Below, in pieces: positions 51,901 through 63,144 of a DNA stretch of 64,000 nucleotides. This stretch comes from Heptranchias perlo. Taxonomy: Eukaryota. The DNA is taken from contig NW_027139559.1 in assembly GCF_035084215.1 (NCBI RefSeq), positions 7,378,001-7,442,000 on the forward strand. Direction: 5' to 3'. Made by a program: the position numbers and the translations under genes. Positions within the stretch are counted from its first letter, which is position 1, and the number at the start of each line of letters is the position of its first letter. The notes beneath the pieces were generated by a model that saw nothing but the letters and a program-made list of their open reading frames with translations, did not search any database and was not told the DNA's origin.

Positions 51901-53324
51901 TGTGTTTTATTGCTAATCCGGTACAGGCTTCACTGAGGAAGGTCGCCTTGGGTATCTCTCAAGTTGCCATTCTTCGTGAATCAGCAGAATGAGTGCGTTT
52001 CAACAGCTTACTCTACGGTGAAAGCAGCAGAGCCCCGTCCAATCCTGCCGTCAGCAGAGGTGTGAACACCCCGACTTCAACTAGGTCTCTCCCAATTGGA
52101 GGAAGAAACAAGAACGGGTGTCTGCACAGTTACCCGGATGTGCGTAGTCCACCGTAACTTCCAAAAATCTACCAGTTGAGATCAGTTAACTCAGTGAAGA
52201 TCGGGAGGTGAAACACAGGAGGAGGAGCCCGAGTTTGAGTCTAATAACAGTGTTTGCTATTATATCCCCTCTTTTCCTCACTGGTGTATGAGAACTATAG
52301 GTTGCCCTCCGGTACCTCATCCAATGGTCTATACTTTCTGAGTCCTCCTATGCAGTATCAGCAGGCCATTGTACAGTGAGGGCATCGCAGGCAACTCCTA
52401 TCTTGTTGTTCCCAGAGTGACCACACACGCACTTATCATAGACCAGGAGCAGAACAATGCGCTATTGCCACTTCACAAATCTAGGGACACTAAGTCTGAT
52501 TATAAGGTCCCGAACGCCACCAGGTGAGATCAACAAACTCAGCAGTAATCGGGGATCCAAACAAAGATCTAGAGAAGATTAAAAGTTTCCCCACCCAGAG
52601 CACGGTGGTGCTGGGCCAGTTATTGAGCAAATGAGTCAATTTGATTGAACAAAAACAATTCGAATTGAAACAAACTAATCACACGAGCGGAGTTTACACT
52701 CATCAAAACAAAAGGTCACATCATTGGGTTCAGTCAATTAACACGTTATTTGTCTCCTCCTCTAACGTATAGCGCTGGCGGTTCAGAAGATTTGAACACT
52801 TGAAATGTACAAAGTTCCTCACATCAATTGGTTCGGTGCCCTGTGAAATGGCTGTTTTTTTTTGTCTTGAATTTCGCTGCTGGCAACCACTCAGTGTCCA
52901 GCTAAACCTAAAGCAGGAAGTGCAGAGTGAAGTAAACACCACTCAAAGTCTTCTCCCCACATAGTATGGAACACTCTGCCTGGTGAAAAGTGGATTTCGT
53001 GTCTTCAGATACTGCATATTGTTGTTTAAAGAAAGCCCACAATCACCAGGGTACCGCGCAGTGAGGTTAAATAGATCCTTATCCTGCCCCTTCTTACTAT
53101 TGGGTCCTCACATAGCTTGTGGCGGCGAACACATTCAGAGTGCTGATCATTTTATCGTCTAATTGCTGCCTGAGAATTAAAGCCGCATTAATTGATAGCC
53201 ATATATGTTGTTAAATCTGTAACCTAGAGGGATCTGATCGCGAGTGCGTGTGTGGTTCGGGTTTGGCCTTAGATTTAAGTAAAAATCATTATTGTGTGAA
53301 AGTATTTTGAAAAACGGTCCGTAC

Positions 53325-53642
53325 CTTCCAGATTGCGGATGGTCGCCTTCACGTCGGATTGTGAAGGGGGGTGTGAGGCGGTACAGGTGTATCTTGATCC
53401 TTTCTTCCATTCCTCTGAAGGCAAAATGAGGTTGCTCCTTGTGCTGAAGGTTAGGTCCTGTTCAAGAGCACTGGGGAAACTGGTAACGTTCGTGCTTAAA
53501 GCAGCTCCGTCCTTCTCCCAGGAAACGATTATGTTGTCAGGGTAGAATCCTGTTATCAGGCATGTGAGAGTCGGGGCGCTCCTACTTTGACTCTCCTCTG
53601 GTGATGGAGGAAGGAGGCGGAGCTTTGGCTTCATTGGCTCGA
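53325..53642 (-). CDS. IgNAR C3 domain exon
   Basis: ccgttacAG...G|GTACG; 318 nt. (V)EPMKPKLRLLPPSPEE...LTCLITGFYPDNIIVSWEKD...ALEQDLTFSTRS...YTCTASHPPSQS. Confidence 0.95.
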
Positions 53643-53718
53643 CTGTAACGGAAGTTCAATAAGTGTTAGTCTTCCATCCATTGCCATTCGAAGACATGTC
53701 TATAGATATTTTACCCAC

Positions 53719-54021
53719 CTCTTGTCTTTCCGGTTCGTTTTAATACCGGAGGAGATGATTGATTCTCTTGTGCAGAGCACGAGTATTCAACCCCGCTATC
53801 CCACTCTGCCACGCTGCTGGTCAAGTGGCTGATGGTCAGGTATTGGTTTCCATCCTTTTTAGCCGGTTCAATTTGAACTCCTTCATTCTTTATCTTTCCA
53901 CCCACTGTCCAAGAGATGGTAACCTCAGTGGGAACCGTAGAGACCACTTCACACACCAGGGTGGCAGTTTTATTGATCCAAACTTCGACAACGGAAGGAT
54001 CTCTGAGAAATACCGCGAGCT
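53719..54021 (-). CDS. IgNAR C2 domain exon
   Basis: ctcactgacAG...G|GTGGG; 303 nt. (E)LAVFLRDPSVVEVWINKTATLVCEVVSTV...SWTVGGKIKNEGVQIEP...QYLTISHLTSSVAEWDSGVEYSCSA. Confidence 0.95.
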
Positions 54022-54219
54022 CTGTCAGTGAGAAACGAGAGATTCAGAATCGGGGCGATGATTTAGTGTTGATGATTTCGGAAATTTAACAAGGATTTTA
54101 ATTTCATTGATAATCCATAACAGGGCAAGGTCTCTTACTGATTATTATTGAATTTTTAAAAATATTTTTGGTGTTTGCGCGTATGTTGAGTCGAATCAAA
54201 ACTATGTACAACTCAACGA

Positions 54220-54790
54220 AACTAAGAGAGAGAGAGAGAAACAAGAGACAGAGAGAGAGGGACATGGAGAGACAGAGCGTGACAGACAGATAGGGAGAGA
54301 GGCAGGGAAATAGACTGATAGAGAGAATCAGAGAGAGAAGGACAGAGAGAAAGAAAAAGGAAGAGACAGGCGAACAGTTAGAGAGAAACAGGGTGAGAGA
54401 GCAAGACAGAGAGAGACGGAGAAAGGGGGACACAGAGAGAGAGAAAGGGACACAGAGAGAGACAAATTGAGAGAGACAGATATTGAGAGACAGCAGAGCG
54501 AGAGAGAGAAACAGACAGAGAGAGAGTGAGGGACAGAGATAGAGAGGCACAGAGAGAGACAGACAGAGAGAGATGTAAGGACTTGCACAACACCAGGTGA
54601 AAGTCCAACAGTTTTATTTTCGTCACCTGACGAAGGAGGTAAGCTCCGAATGCTTGTGATTTAAAATAAAACTGGTGGACTATAACCTGATGTTGTGCAA
54701 GTCCTTACATTTGTCCAGCCGTGTCCATCACCGGCATCTCCACATCATGACAGAGAGAGAGAGAGAGGGAGAGAAAGAAAGAGAGAAAGA
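54220..54790. repeat. Purine-rich (GA)n/(GACA)n low-complexity tract
   Basis: gagagagaga/gacagaga runs; explains the Leu/Ser-rich ORFs. Confidence 0.95.
54573..54748 (+). mobile_element. Second palindromic Penelope-like short element, with a mutated hammerhead core
   Basis: 48-bp arms at 54573-54620 and 54663-54710 (4 mismatches); loop TCAC-CTGACGA-AGGAG-GTAAG-CTCC-GAAT-GC-TT-GTGA; same tail gtccatcaccggcatctccacatc; apparent TSD gacagagagaga. Confidence 0.82.
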
Positions 54791-55546
54791 TTGACTGAAT
54801 TCTACAGCTCAGAGGGCCATTCGGTTCATCGTGTCTGCTGGCTCTCTGAATGTGCTATCCACTTAGTCGTATTCCCCGGCCCTTACCCGTGTCTTTTAAA
54901 CATTTTTTTTTAAAGGAAGAACAGCTTATTGTTGCGGGTTTTGTGACCGTATCTGTAGGTTCAATCTTTATACAGCACCTCCTCTCTGTCTATCTCTCCC
55001 TCTTTCTTTCTGCTTTTCTCGTTTCTATCTCCGTCCGTCTCTCACCCGTTTCATTTTTTAGAACACATTTTTGTACTGATATCCAGTATCACACACAATA
55101 AATCCTCACAAATGTAAAAAGTAACAGAACCGCATTGTTAAAGTTTGATCCCTAGTGTGTAAAACATACATTTCTGCTCTGTTTCCTTCCTGTTTCACGT
55201 GGATTGATCTGGTGAATTAATTAAATAGGATGTATCACAATTATTTGTAAATTGCTTGCAATATCATAAAAGTGTTTGATCAATGTGTTACCCTGACCAT
55301 AGAATAATATTCATGTATTTGTCAAGATCTCATAGTCATGCCTTTTGCAACATCCGCCTGGCAGCGAGCACCTTCAGGAACCTCAGCCATTGCTGCTGAA
55401 ACATCCCCAACTATCTTTACTGTCTCACTGCACCATAAACTGGCACAGATAAATTATCACAATAACATCCCAACTAATCCAATACTGAGAAAGAAAGTCA
55501 ACATGTTTCACCTGTGCAAGCTTGTGAATTGGTTGCATTTTCTCAC

Positions 55547-55864
55547 CTGATGTTTTTCTAATGTCTTTCCGCTGGTTACTGTTGGTTGCAGAATGGGACA
55601 CTTGGCAGCTGTAAAGAGACCCGCTGTTCCATTCCTGCAGGGTGACTTTAAAGAGACTCGTGGAGCTAAAATCACCATTCGAATTTTTAACTGGGGATGT
55701 GGTTGTAAAGCCCGATTGTACAGCGTTTCCGTTCTTCTGCCAGCTCACTGCAATGCTTTCTGGCTGATATTCGCTGATGAGGCAAACCAGTTGCACAAAA
55801 CCCTTTGCTGTCAGTTCGTCACTTGCAGAGTAGAGGAGACTGATGATCGGTGGAGTAAGTTGCA
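55547..55864 (-). CDS. IgNAR C1 domain exon
   Basis: ttttctcAG...G|GTGAG; 318 nt. QLTPPIISLLYSASDELTAKGFVQLVCLISEYQPESIAVSWQKN...GFTTTSPVKNSNGDFSSTSL...YSCQVSHSATNSNQRKDIRKTS closely follows the IgNAR C1 pattern. Confidence 0.93.
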
Positions 55865-55902
55865 CTGAGAAAATTACAATGACAATTAAACCGTTTATAT
55901 CG

Positions 55903-55972
55903 AGTCCTGGCCAATACTTATTCCTCAACCAACACCTAAAAACAGATTATCTGGTCAGTATCACGTTGCTCG
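55903..55972 (+). mobile_element. Deu-type SINE core fragment just upstream of the C1 acceptor
   Basis: gtcctggccaatacttattcctcaaccaacacctaaaaacagattatctggtc. Confidence 0.55.
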
Positions 55973-56905
55973 CAGCCACGGACACCGTCAAATTAAACAC
56001 ACATGGATGCATTGAAGCTGGGTTTGAATGTGCTGATATTACAGTGGGCGTGTTGGGATAAATGAGTTCCGGTCATGAACGAACATTCAAATAATGTTCT
56101 TATCACTTCTTAATTTCGGAGTGAATAATGATCAATTTATTTTAAGAAAAATATCTATACTGTCCAGTGGTGTGTAGTTGCAGTCAGATTTTAAATGTAC
56201 ATCGATTATTGTTACCAGTAACATGCTTTAATTTTCCTGGGGATGGAGCAGTTTCATGCCGTCACTTTACCGGGAAATATTTTGCAACCGGCGTTTCTTA
56301 AGGAAGGAATTGTTTGGATTTCTGGACGATTGCAGCAGCGAGTTTGTAAATCAGAGGTCAGAGACAGCAATGGTTTTGGTAATGTTAGGCGAAGGAGTGA
56401 TAGAGTTAAAATATTTTACATTACAGAAGGATTCATTCGGCCCATCGCGCTACTACGGGCTCTGTGGAAGAGCTATCCGCTTCCCAGTGGAAACTCCGCT
56501 GGACCCGCCCATGGCTCACAGCGGGAGAGTACATGGGGAAATTGTAGATTCCCGGCCCGTGATATTATATCTATTCACCTTAAGGGAGCGATAATCAGGG
56601 CTGGATGTGCGCAGTCCGATTCTCCTCTTCTTTCCCGGTACATTCTTTCTCAATATTTGCCTTCTTCCTTTTAACCTAATTTCCAGGGCTACGGGGATGA
56701 GCAGAGGAATGGGTCTAATTGGATAGCTCTTTCAAAGACCCAGCAGAGGCACAATCGGCCGAATGTCCTCCCGTGTGCTGCACCTACTATGATACCATGA
56801 TTCTGCAAACAGCATTGTTTATGGTTGGAGGTTCCGTGTCCTGACAACCATCTCCATAATAAAAATAAATCTCCAAATATCTCCATTCATCTTTTGCTGA
56901 TGATC

Positions 56906-57210
56906 TGAAACTTATACCCACGAGTTATAGCCCACGGTAAACAGTTTCCCTCCATTTAAACTTATAACCACGAGTTCTCAACCACGGCAAATAGTTTCCC
57001 TCCATTTACACTTATAGCCACTAGTTATAGCCCACGGTAAATAGTTTCTCTCCATTTAAAATTATACCCACTAGTTATCGACCATGGCAAATAGTTTCCC
57101 TCCATTTAAACTTATACCCCCCAGTTACCGCCCACGGCAAATAGTTTCTTTCCATTTAAATTGATACCCGCTAGTTATCGACAACGGCAAATAGTTTTTT
57201 CTCCATTTGG
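56906..57210. repeat. 50-bp tandem repeat, 6 copies
   Basis: aacttatacccacgagttatagcccacggtaaacagtttccctccattta; period 50 (56951 to 57001). Confidence 0.92.
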
Positions 57211-57269
57211 CTTATCAAATACAGTTACAATTTTACTGCCGCTTCACTTTCTGGTTCTCAAGAAAATAG

Positions 57270-58240
57270 CCCACCTTTCTCTCCATTACCTTCCCACCGA
57301 CTCTATCACCCTCCCTGGCCACGATCAGGGACTGAACCAGACCGCTCTAAACCTCCACGTCCCATTTCACACTGAGCTGAGCTTCCGACCCCGTATCCAC
57401 TCCATCACCAGACCGCCTACTTCTACCTCCATCACGTCGCCAATCTCCGCCCCTGCCTCGGCCCATCTGCTGCTGAAACCTTCATCCATGTTTTTGTTAC
57501 CTCTGGACTCGACTGTTCCAATGCTCTCCTGGCCGGCCTCCCACCTTCCACTCTCCGTATACCTAAGCTCATACAGAACTCTGCTGATCGTATCCAAACT
57601 CTCTCCAACTCCCGTTCACCCATCACCCCTGTGCTCACTGACCGACATCGTCCCCCAGTCCAGCAACACCTCGAACTTAAAATGCTCATCCTTGTGGTCA
57701 AATCCCTCCATGGCCTCGCCCCTCCCTATCTCTGTAACGTTCTCCAGCCCTACAATTCTGAACCTTGTTCACAAATCACTCCATAGCCTCGCCCCTCCCG
57801 ATCTCTGTCACGTTCTCCAGCCCTACAATTCTGAACCTTGTTCACAAATCACTCCATAGCCTCGCCCCTCCCTATCTCTAACGTTCTCCAGCCCTACAAT
57901 TCTGAACCTTGTTCACAAATCACTCCATAGCCTCGCCCCTCCCTATCTCTAACGTTCTCCAGCCCTACAATTCTGAACCTTGTTCACAAATCACTCCATA
58001 GCCTCGCCTCTCTCTATCTCTGTAACCGTCTCCAGCCCTACAACACTTCGAAATATTTGCGATCCTCGAATTCTGGCCTCTTGCACATTCCCGCTTTCCA
58101 TCGCCCCACAATTGGTGGCCGTGCATTCAGCAGCCCAGGCCTTAATTTCTGGAATTGTCTCGCTAAACCTCTCCGCCTCACTCCCTCTCTCCTTTTTAAA
58201 ACGCTCATTAAAACCTTTCTCTTTGACCAGGATTTATTAG
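57270..58240 (+). mobile_element. L2-clade LINE 3' portion containing an internal tandem array
   Basis: AAETFIHVFVTSGLDCSNALLAGLP; TIGGRAFSSPGLNFWNCL...FKTLIKTFLF. Confidence 0.88.
57700..58045. repeat. 71-73-bp tandem repeat, ~4.6 copies, inside the L2
   Basis: ccatagcctcgcccctcc... at 57708, 57781, 57854, 57925 and 57996. Confidence 0.93.
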
Positions 58241-58261
58241 TGACTATCTAATATTTACGAT

Positions 58262-60700
58262 GTCTGACTTTGGACTCCCCCACAAGTGGAAACATTTTCT
58301 CTACGACTAATCTATCAAACCCTTTCATTATCTTAAAGATCTCAAGCAGGTCACCCTGAACCTTTCAATTTCCAGAAAAAAACAGCCCCAGCCTGTTCAA
58401 TCTTTCCTGACAGGTATATTCTCTCAGTTCTTGTATCATCCTTGTGAATCTTTTTTTACACCTTCTTCAATGCATATATGAGCTAAATATATTTTTTATA
58501 ATATGGAAATCATAACTGTGCACAGTACTCCAAGTGTGGTAAAAGCAAATTTCTATACAAGTTTAACAAAACGTCTCTCCTTTTCAATTCTATTCCTCTA
58601 GAAATGAACCCAGTGCTTGGTTTGCCTTTTTATGGCCTTAAAACATGCGTCACCTCTTCTACTGATTTGTATACCTGTACCCCGAGATCCCTTTGCTCCT
58701 CTACCCCATTTTAACTCCTTTTATCCATGCAGTATATGTCCTCCTTATTCTCCCAAACAAAATGCACCACTTCACAATTAAATATATTGAAATTCATTTG
58801 CCAATTACACGCCCGTTCTGCAAGTTCAATAATGTCTTCTTGCAACCTGACGTATTCTACCTTTGTATGAACAACACCCCCCGATTCCCGGTCCAAATTG
58901 TTCATATAAATTTGTCAGCAACTGTGGCCCAAGCACTGATCCCTGTGAAAAACCACTTCCCAACTTCTCCCATTCTTAGTAGCTACCCTTAAACCAATCT
59001 CTCTGTTTTCTAATTTGTAGCCAGCTTGCTTTCCATTTTGCTACCTGTTCCCTGACTCCACATGTTATGACATCAGATGAATCTACAATGCACTACAGTA
59101 TCGAATGCCTTTTGAAAATACAAACATATTCCATCTACTAAATTACCCCTTGTCTAACCTTCCTTTTACTTCTTCAAACAATTCAGTAAGGTTGGTCAAG
59201 CATGTCTTTGCTTTCTGACTATTCTTTATTATATTTTCGTTTTCTAGATGTTTTTCTATTACATCTTTGAGCAAAGATTCCATTATCTTTCCTATCACCG
59301 ACCTTAGGCTAACTGGTCTATAATTCCCTGGACTTGTTCGAATCTCCTTTTTAATATATAATTGTCACATTAGTTGTCCACCAGTCTTCTGGCACTATTC
59401 CCTTTGCTAATGAATTTTATGTACATGTAATAGTGCGTCTGCTATCTCCTCCCTAACTTCTTTTATTATGAGCAGATGAAATCCATACGGACCGGAGGTT
59501 TGATCCTCTCTATGCTTGATTAGTTGATCAATTATCTCCCCCCTTTCTATTTTAAATGTCTTAGTTTGTTTTATCTTTTCTTCTAATGTCCTGCCCACGT
59601 TTTTATTCTCCCTGGTAAATACTGAGGCAAAGTAACTGTTCAATATTTGTGCCATTTCACTGCTCATTACCTGCGAGTTTATCTTATGTTTCCCTTTGTG
59701 GCCCTAACCCTGTCCTTTCGTTATTTATCTGTCTGTAGAATACTTTACTGTTCCTTTTTTATATTCCTTGATAATTTAATTTTGTGCTTCCCCTGCAAAG
59801 TATTTGCGAATGTTGAAAAGGAACGAATTTATTTGATTAACAAACCCATTATTTGGTATCGTATCAACCGCCTGATACGGCCTAGGACTAATTTTAAGGT
59901 TATGCCTCCTTGTTCTACATTCCTCAAACAAAGGCAACAGTTTATCTCTATCCACCATATTAAATATTTTAATAATCTTAAACACATTAATTCGATCACC
60001 CACTAATCTACTTTAATCAAGGGAATGCAAGCCTAGTCCATGCAGTCTTGCCTCATATTTTAACCCTTTTAGCCTCGGTATTATTCTGGTGAATCTGCGT
60101 TACACTACCTCCAAGGCCAATCTATCCGTCCTGGTGTACAGTGTCCAAAATTGAGCCCGGAAATCTGTAGAGTTCTTCGAAGAACTGTCGAACTAAATCT
60201 GTCTGAGAGAACTTGCCGTTTACATATCCATGCTAGCTGTCTTTAATGAAACGATGTCTCTGCAAGTGAATGTTAATTTTCTCCAGTAACATGACTCTAG
60301 AAGATGATCCACCACTGACAGTAAGCCGACGGCCCCACGGTTATCCTGTGTAAACCTTTCTCCCTTCTTTGATAAAGACATTACCTCGGTCCTCTGGCAA
60401 AAGTTCCACATCCTAGGATGTTTGAATGTTTGAGGGCCGAGCATCTGCTTTTTGCTTTTTGTCTATTCTCAACATTCTAGGATAGAATGAGTTCCACCAA
60501 TTTTCTCAGCACTCCTTATTTATCTCTAGTTATTAAATCTAATTGAATCTCACCCTCCAGCTCAAACCTTCCATTCCCTTCAAAACATTATTCTGTAAAA
60601 GCCGAGACTAAGTCCTTGTTTAATATCTCTGCGATTAATTCATCTTCCTGCAGAAGATTTCCTTTTACATCTCTAATCTAATCCCATCTTTAGGTTAGTT
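58262..60700 (-). mobile_element. Minus-strand CR1 fragments (at least two)
   Basis: WQMNFNIFNCEVVHF; EMAQILNSYFASVFTRE...GPYGFHLLIIKE; INVFKIIKIFNMVDRDKLLP. Confidence 0.82.
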
Positions 60701-61134
60701 GATTCCACTTTTTAATTCTACTCTTAGTATTTCGATTTGCCCAAGGAACTTCCGAAAAATCTTCTTCACAACTTCCTAAATAACATTTCCAAAATCCCTA
60801 AATCCAAATTTCAATGGACTATAAACCAGTCGCTGCGAGAGCGCCGTTTCACGTTGGTTAGAAAGAAGCACAGCGAGATAAAGAGCACATTGTTTTCAGG
60901 GAAGATCAGAAGACTGGGGCAAATTTATTAAAATCAGGCTCCAGCCATTCGGGAATGTGCTCCTCAAAATTTGCCAATGACTGAAGTGAACAGATGATGA
61001 ATCATTCCGAAGCGTCCACCCAAATTCACAATATGTGCTGTGGGCCAGAGAGGTTTCGCGCTCTGAATGTCTGAAAGTGAGATATCCAATCAAATAGATA
61101 TACTTTAAGTATGCAAGGAACATAGCATAACACA

Positions 61135-62240
61135 ATTGAAGCCTATCGCATTAAAGGGGCAGTGGCTGCCTAGGTACGAAATTGGCTGAGGGACAGAAAG
61201 CAGAGAGTAGCGGTAAACGGTTGTCTTTCAGACTGGAGGGAAGTATACAGGGGTCGGTATGAGGAGCACTGCTCTTTTTGATATTTATTAATGACCTGGA
61301 CTTGGGGATACAAGGCATAATTTCAAAATTTGCAGATGGCACGAAGCTCGGAAATGTAGTAATCAATGTGGAGGATATTAACAGACTTTAGGAGGACATA
61401 GACAGACTGATGAAATGGTCAAACACGTGGCAAATGAAATTTAGCGCAGTGTGTTGGAAGTGATGCATTTTGGTCGGAAGAATGAGGAGAGACAACATAC
61501 ATAAAATGGTACGATGTTAACGGGGTGCAGGACCAGAGAGACCTCGGGGGAGATGTACACAAATTTTCGAAGTTATCACGCCAAGTTAAGAAGGTTGTTA
61601 AACAAGCAGATGGGATCCCGGGCTTTATTAATAGAAGCATAGAGTATAAAAGCAAGAAGTTATGCTAAACCTTCAGATATCACTGGTTAGACCCCAGTTG
61701 GAGCATTGTGTCGATTTCTGGGCACCACACTTTAAGATGGGTATCAAGGCCTTCGAGAGGGTGCAGAGGAGATTTACCAGAAACCAGGGATGCGGGATTT
61801 CTGTTACGTGGAGAAACTAGAGAAGCTCGGGTTGTTCTCCTTAGAGCAGAGAAGGTTAAGGGGAGATTTCATCGAGGTGTTGAAAATCATGAAAGGTTTC
61901 GAAAGGGTAAATAAGGAAACACCGTTTCCAGTGGCAGGGGGATCGGTAACCAGAGGACACAGATTTAAGGTCATTGGCAAAACAGCCGGAGGCGAGATGA
62001 GGAGATTTTTTTAAGCAGCTAATTGTAATGATCTGGAATTCACTGCTTGAACGGGTGGTCGAAGCAGATTCAATAATAAATTTCAAAAGGGAATTCGATC
62101 ATTAATTGCAGTGAAAGCATTTGCCGCGCTATGGGGAAAGAGTAGGGGAGTGGGACTAATTGTCCAGCTTTAAAGATCCGGCACAGGCCCGATGGGCCGA
62201 ATGGCCTCCTTTTGTGCTGTATCATTCTATGATTCTATGA
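61135..62240 (+). mobile_element. CR1 RT to 3' end
   Basis: LEKLGLFSLEQRRLRGDFIEVLKIMKGFERV; ends (attctatg)n. Confidence 0.92.
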
Positions 62241-62339
62241 TAGGCAGGGTTGGGCTGGATTCGGACAAAAGCCTTCAAAATAATGCTGCTGAAACAATGA
62301 ATTAGTCAGAGAGAAAGAGATAAATCTCAAAGGACAACT

Positions 62340-62850
62340 TCAGATGCTTTACAAAAGTGAAAAAAATGATGCAAATCTTTGAAAAAAGGAAAGATGAATT
62401 AACGAAACTACGAGGTGGAAGTGAACAAGTTATTTATCGGGACAACGACGACAGAATGCAAGTACGAAATTCGCCATCCTTGTGCAAATTGGGAGATTAT
62501 ATATAAAGATCTCCCTATGATAGTGGGAAACTGAATACCATTGACAGTGATATTAATACCATTGCTTTATTCCTTTTTTTTCACTCAGAGGAGGCAAGGA
62601 AGGATATTAACCTTAAACATCACTGTGGGCCGTCTCAGGGCACCACGATTAACGCTTGAGTTTCCTCAGTTCACTCTCCTACTACAGGGCCCGTTTTTTA
62701 ATAAACCAGTTAACATCTGGTTTAGTGCAACGGACAGACTAAGTGGATGGTCCTATGATTTCGGAAGAGAAAGGTATAAGATTTAGGATTATTTAAACTG
62801 GGGAGTAGCAGTTGTTTTGGGAGCGAATTCATGGGAGAACAATTTGCATG
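62340..62850. promoter_or_regulatory. Candidate B-cell intronic enhancer (motif cluster)
   Basis: ATGCAAAT 62369-62376, ATTTGCAT 62842-62849, CAGATG 62341-62346, CATCTG 62714-62719, GGAAGTGAA 62417-62425, in non-repetitive sequence upstream of C1. Confidence 0.35.
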
Positions 62851-63144
62851 GATTTGTGTAAAGGAACCAATCGGAGTTTCTACCCGCGCACATTCTTCTG
62901 TTCTTAGAAGGTTTTTCCTTTCGATAAGTGCGGTGTTCTATGTCTGCGATGAAACCCTTCTATTCACCACTGTTTCTAGTACAATCTGCATCGCATTGCT
63001 CCCGTTCATAAAGAGTATTCGCTAATGTTACTGACTTCCACATTTTGGGAGCTTTATGCTGGATATTTTCGAAGATTCAATGCAGGGGCCATTATGGTAA
63101 ACTGCTCTGGTATCCGGTAAGGATGGTAATCTACCTTCTCCTAC

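Noticed and set aside
53275-53324. C3 read-through as a short secretory tail (GTDRFSKYFHTIMIFT*)
   Set aside because: No tailpiece similarity and no clear nearby poly(A) signal; treated as intron.
54104-54626. Leu/Ser-rich hydrophobic ORFs between C1 and C2 (possible hinge or TM exon)
   Set aside because: Antisense translation of the (GA)n tract; C1 splices in frame directly to C2.
57161-57859. 232-aa ORF
   Set aside because: Off-frame reading of the L2 fragment and its internal tandem repeat.
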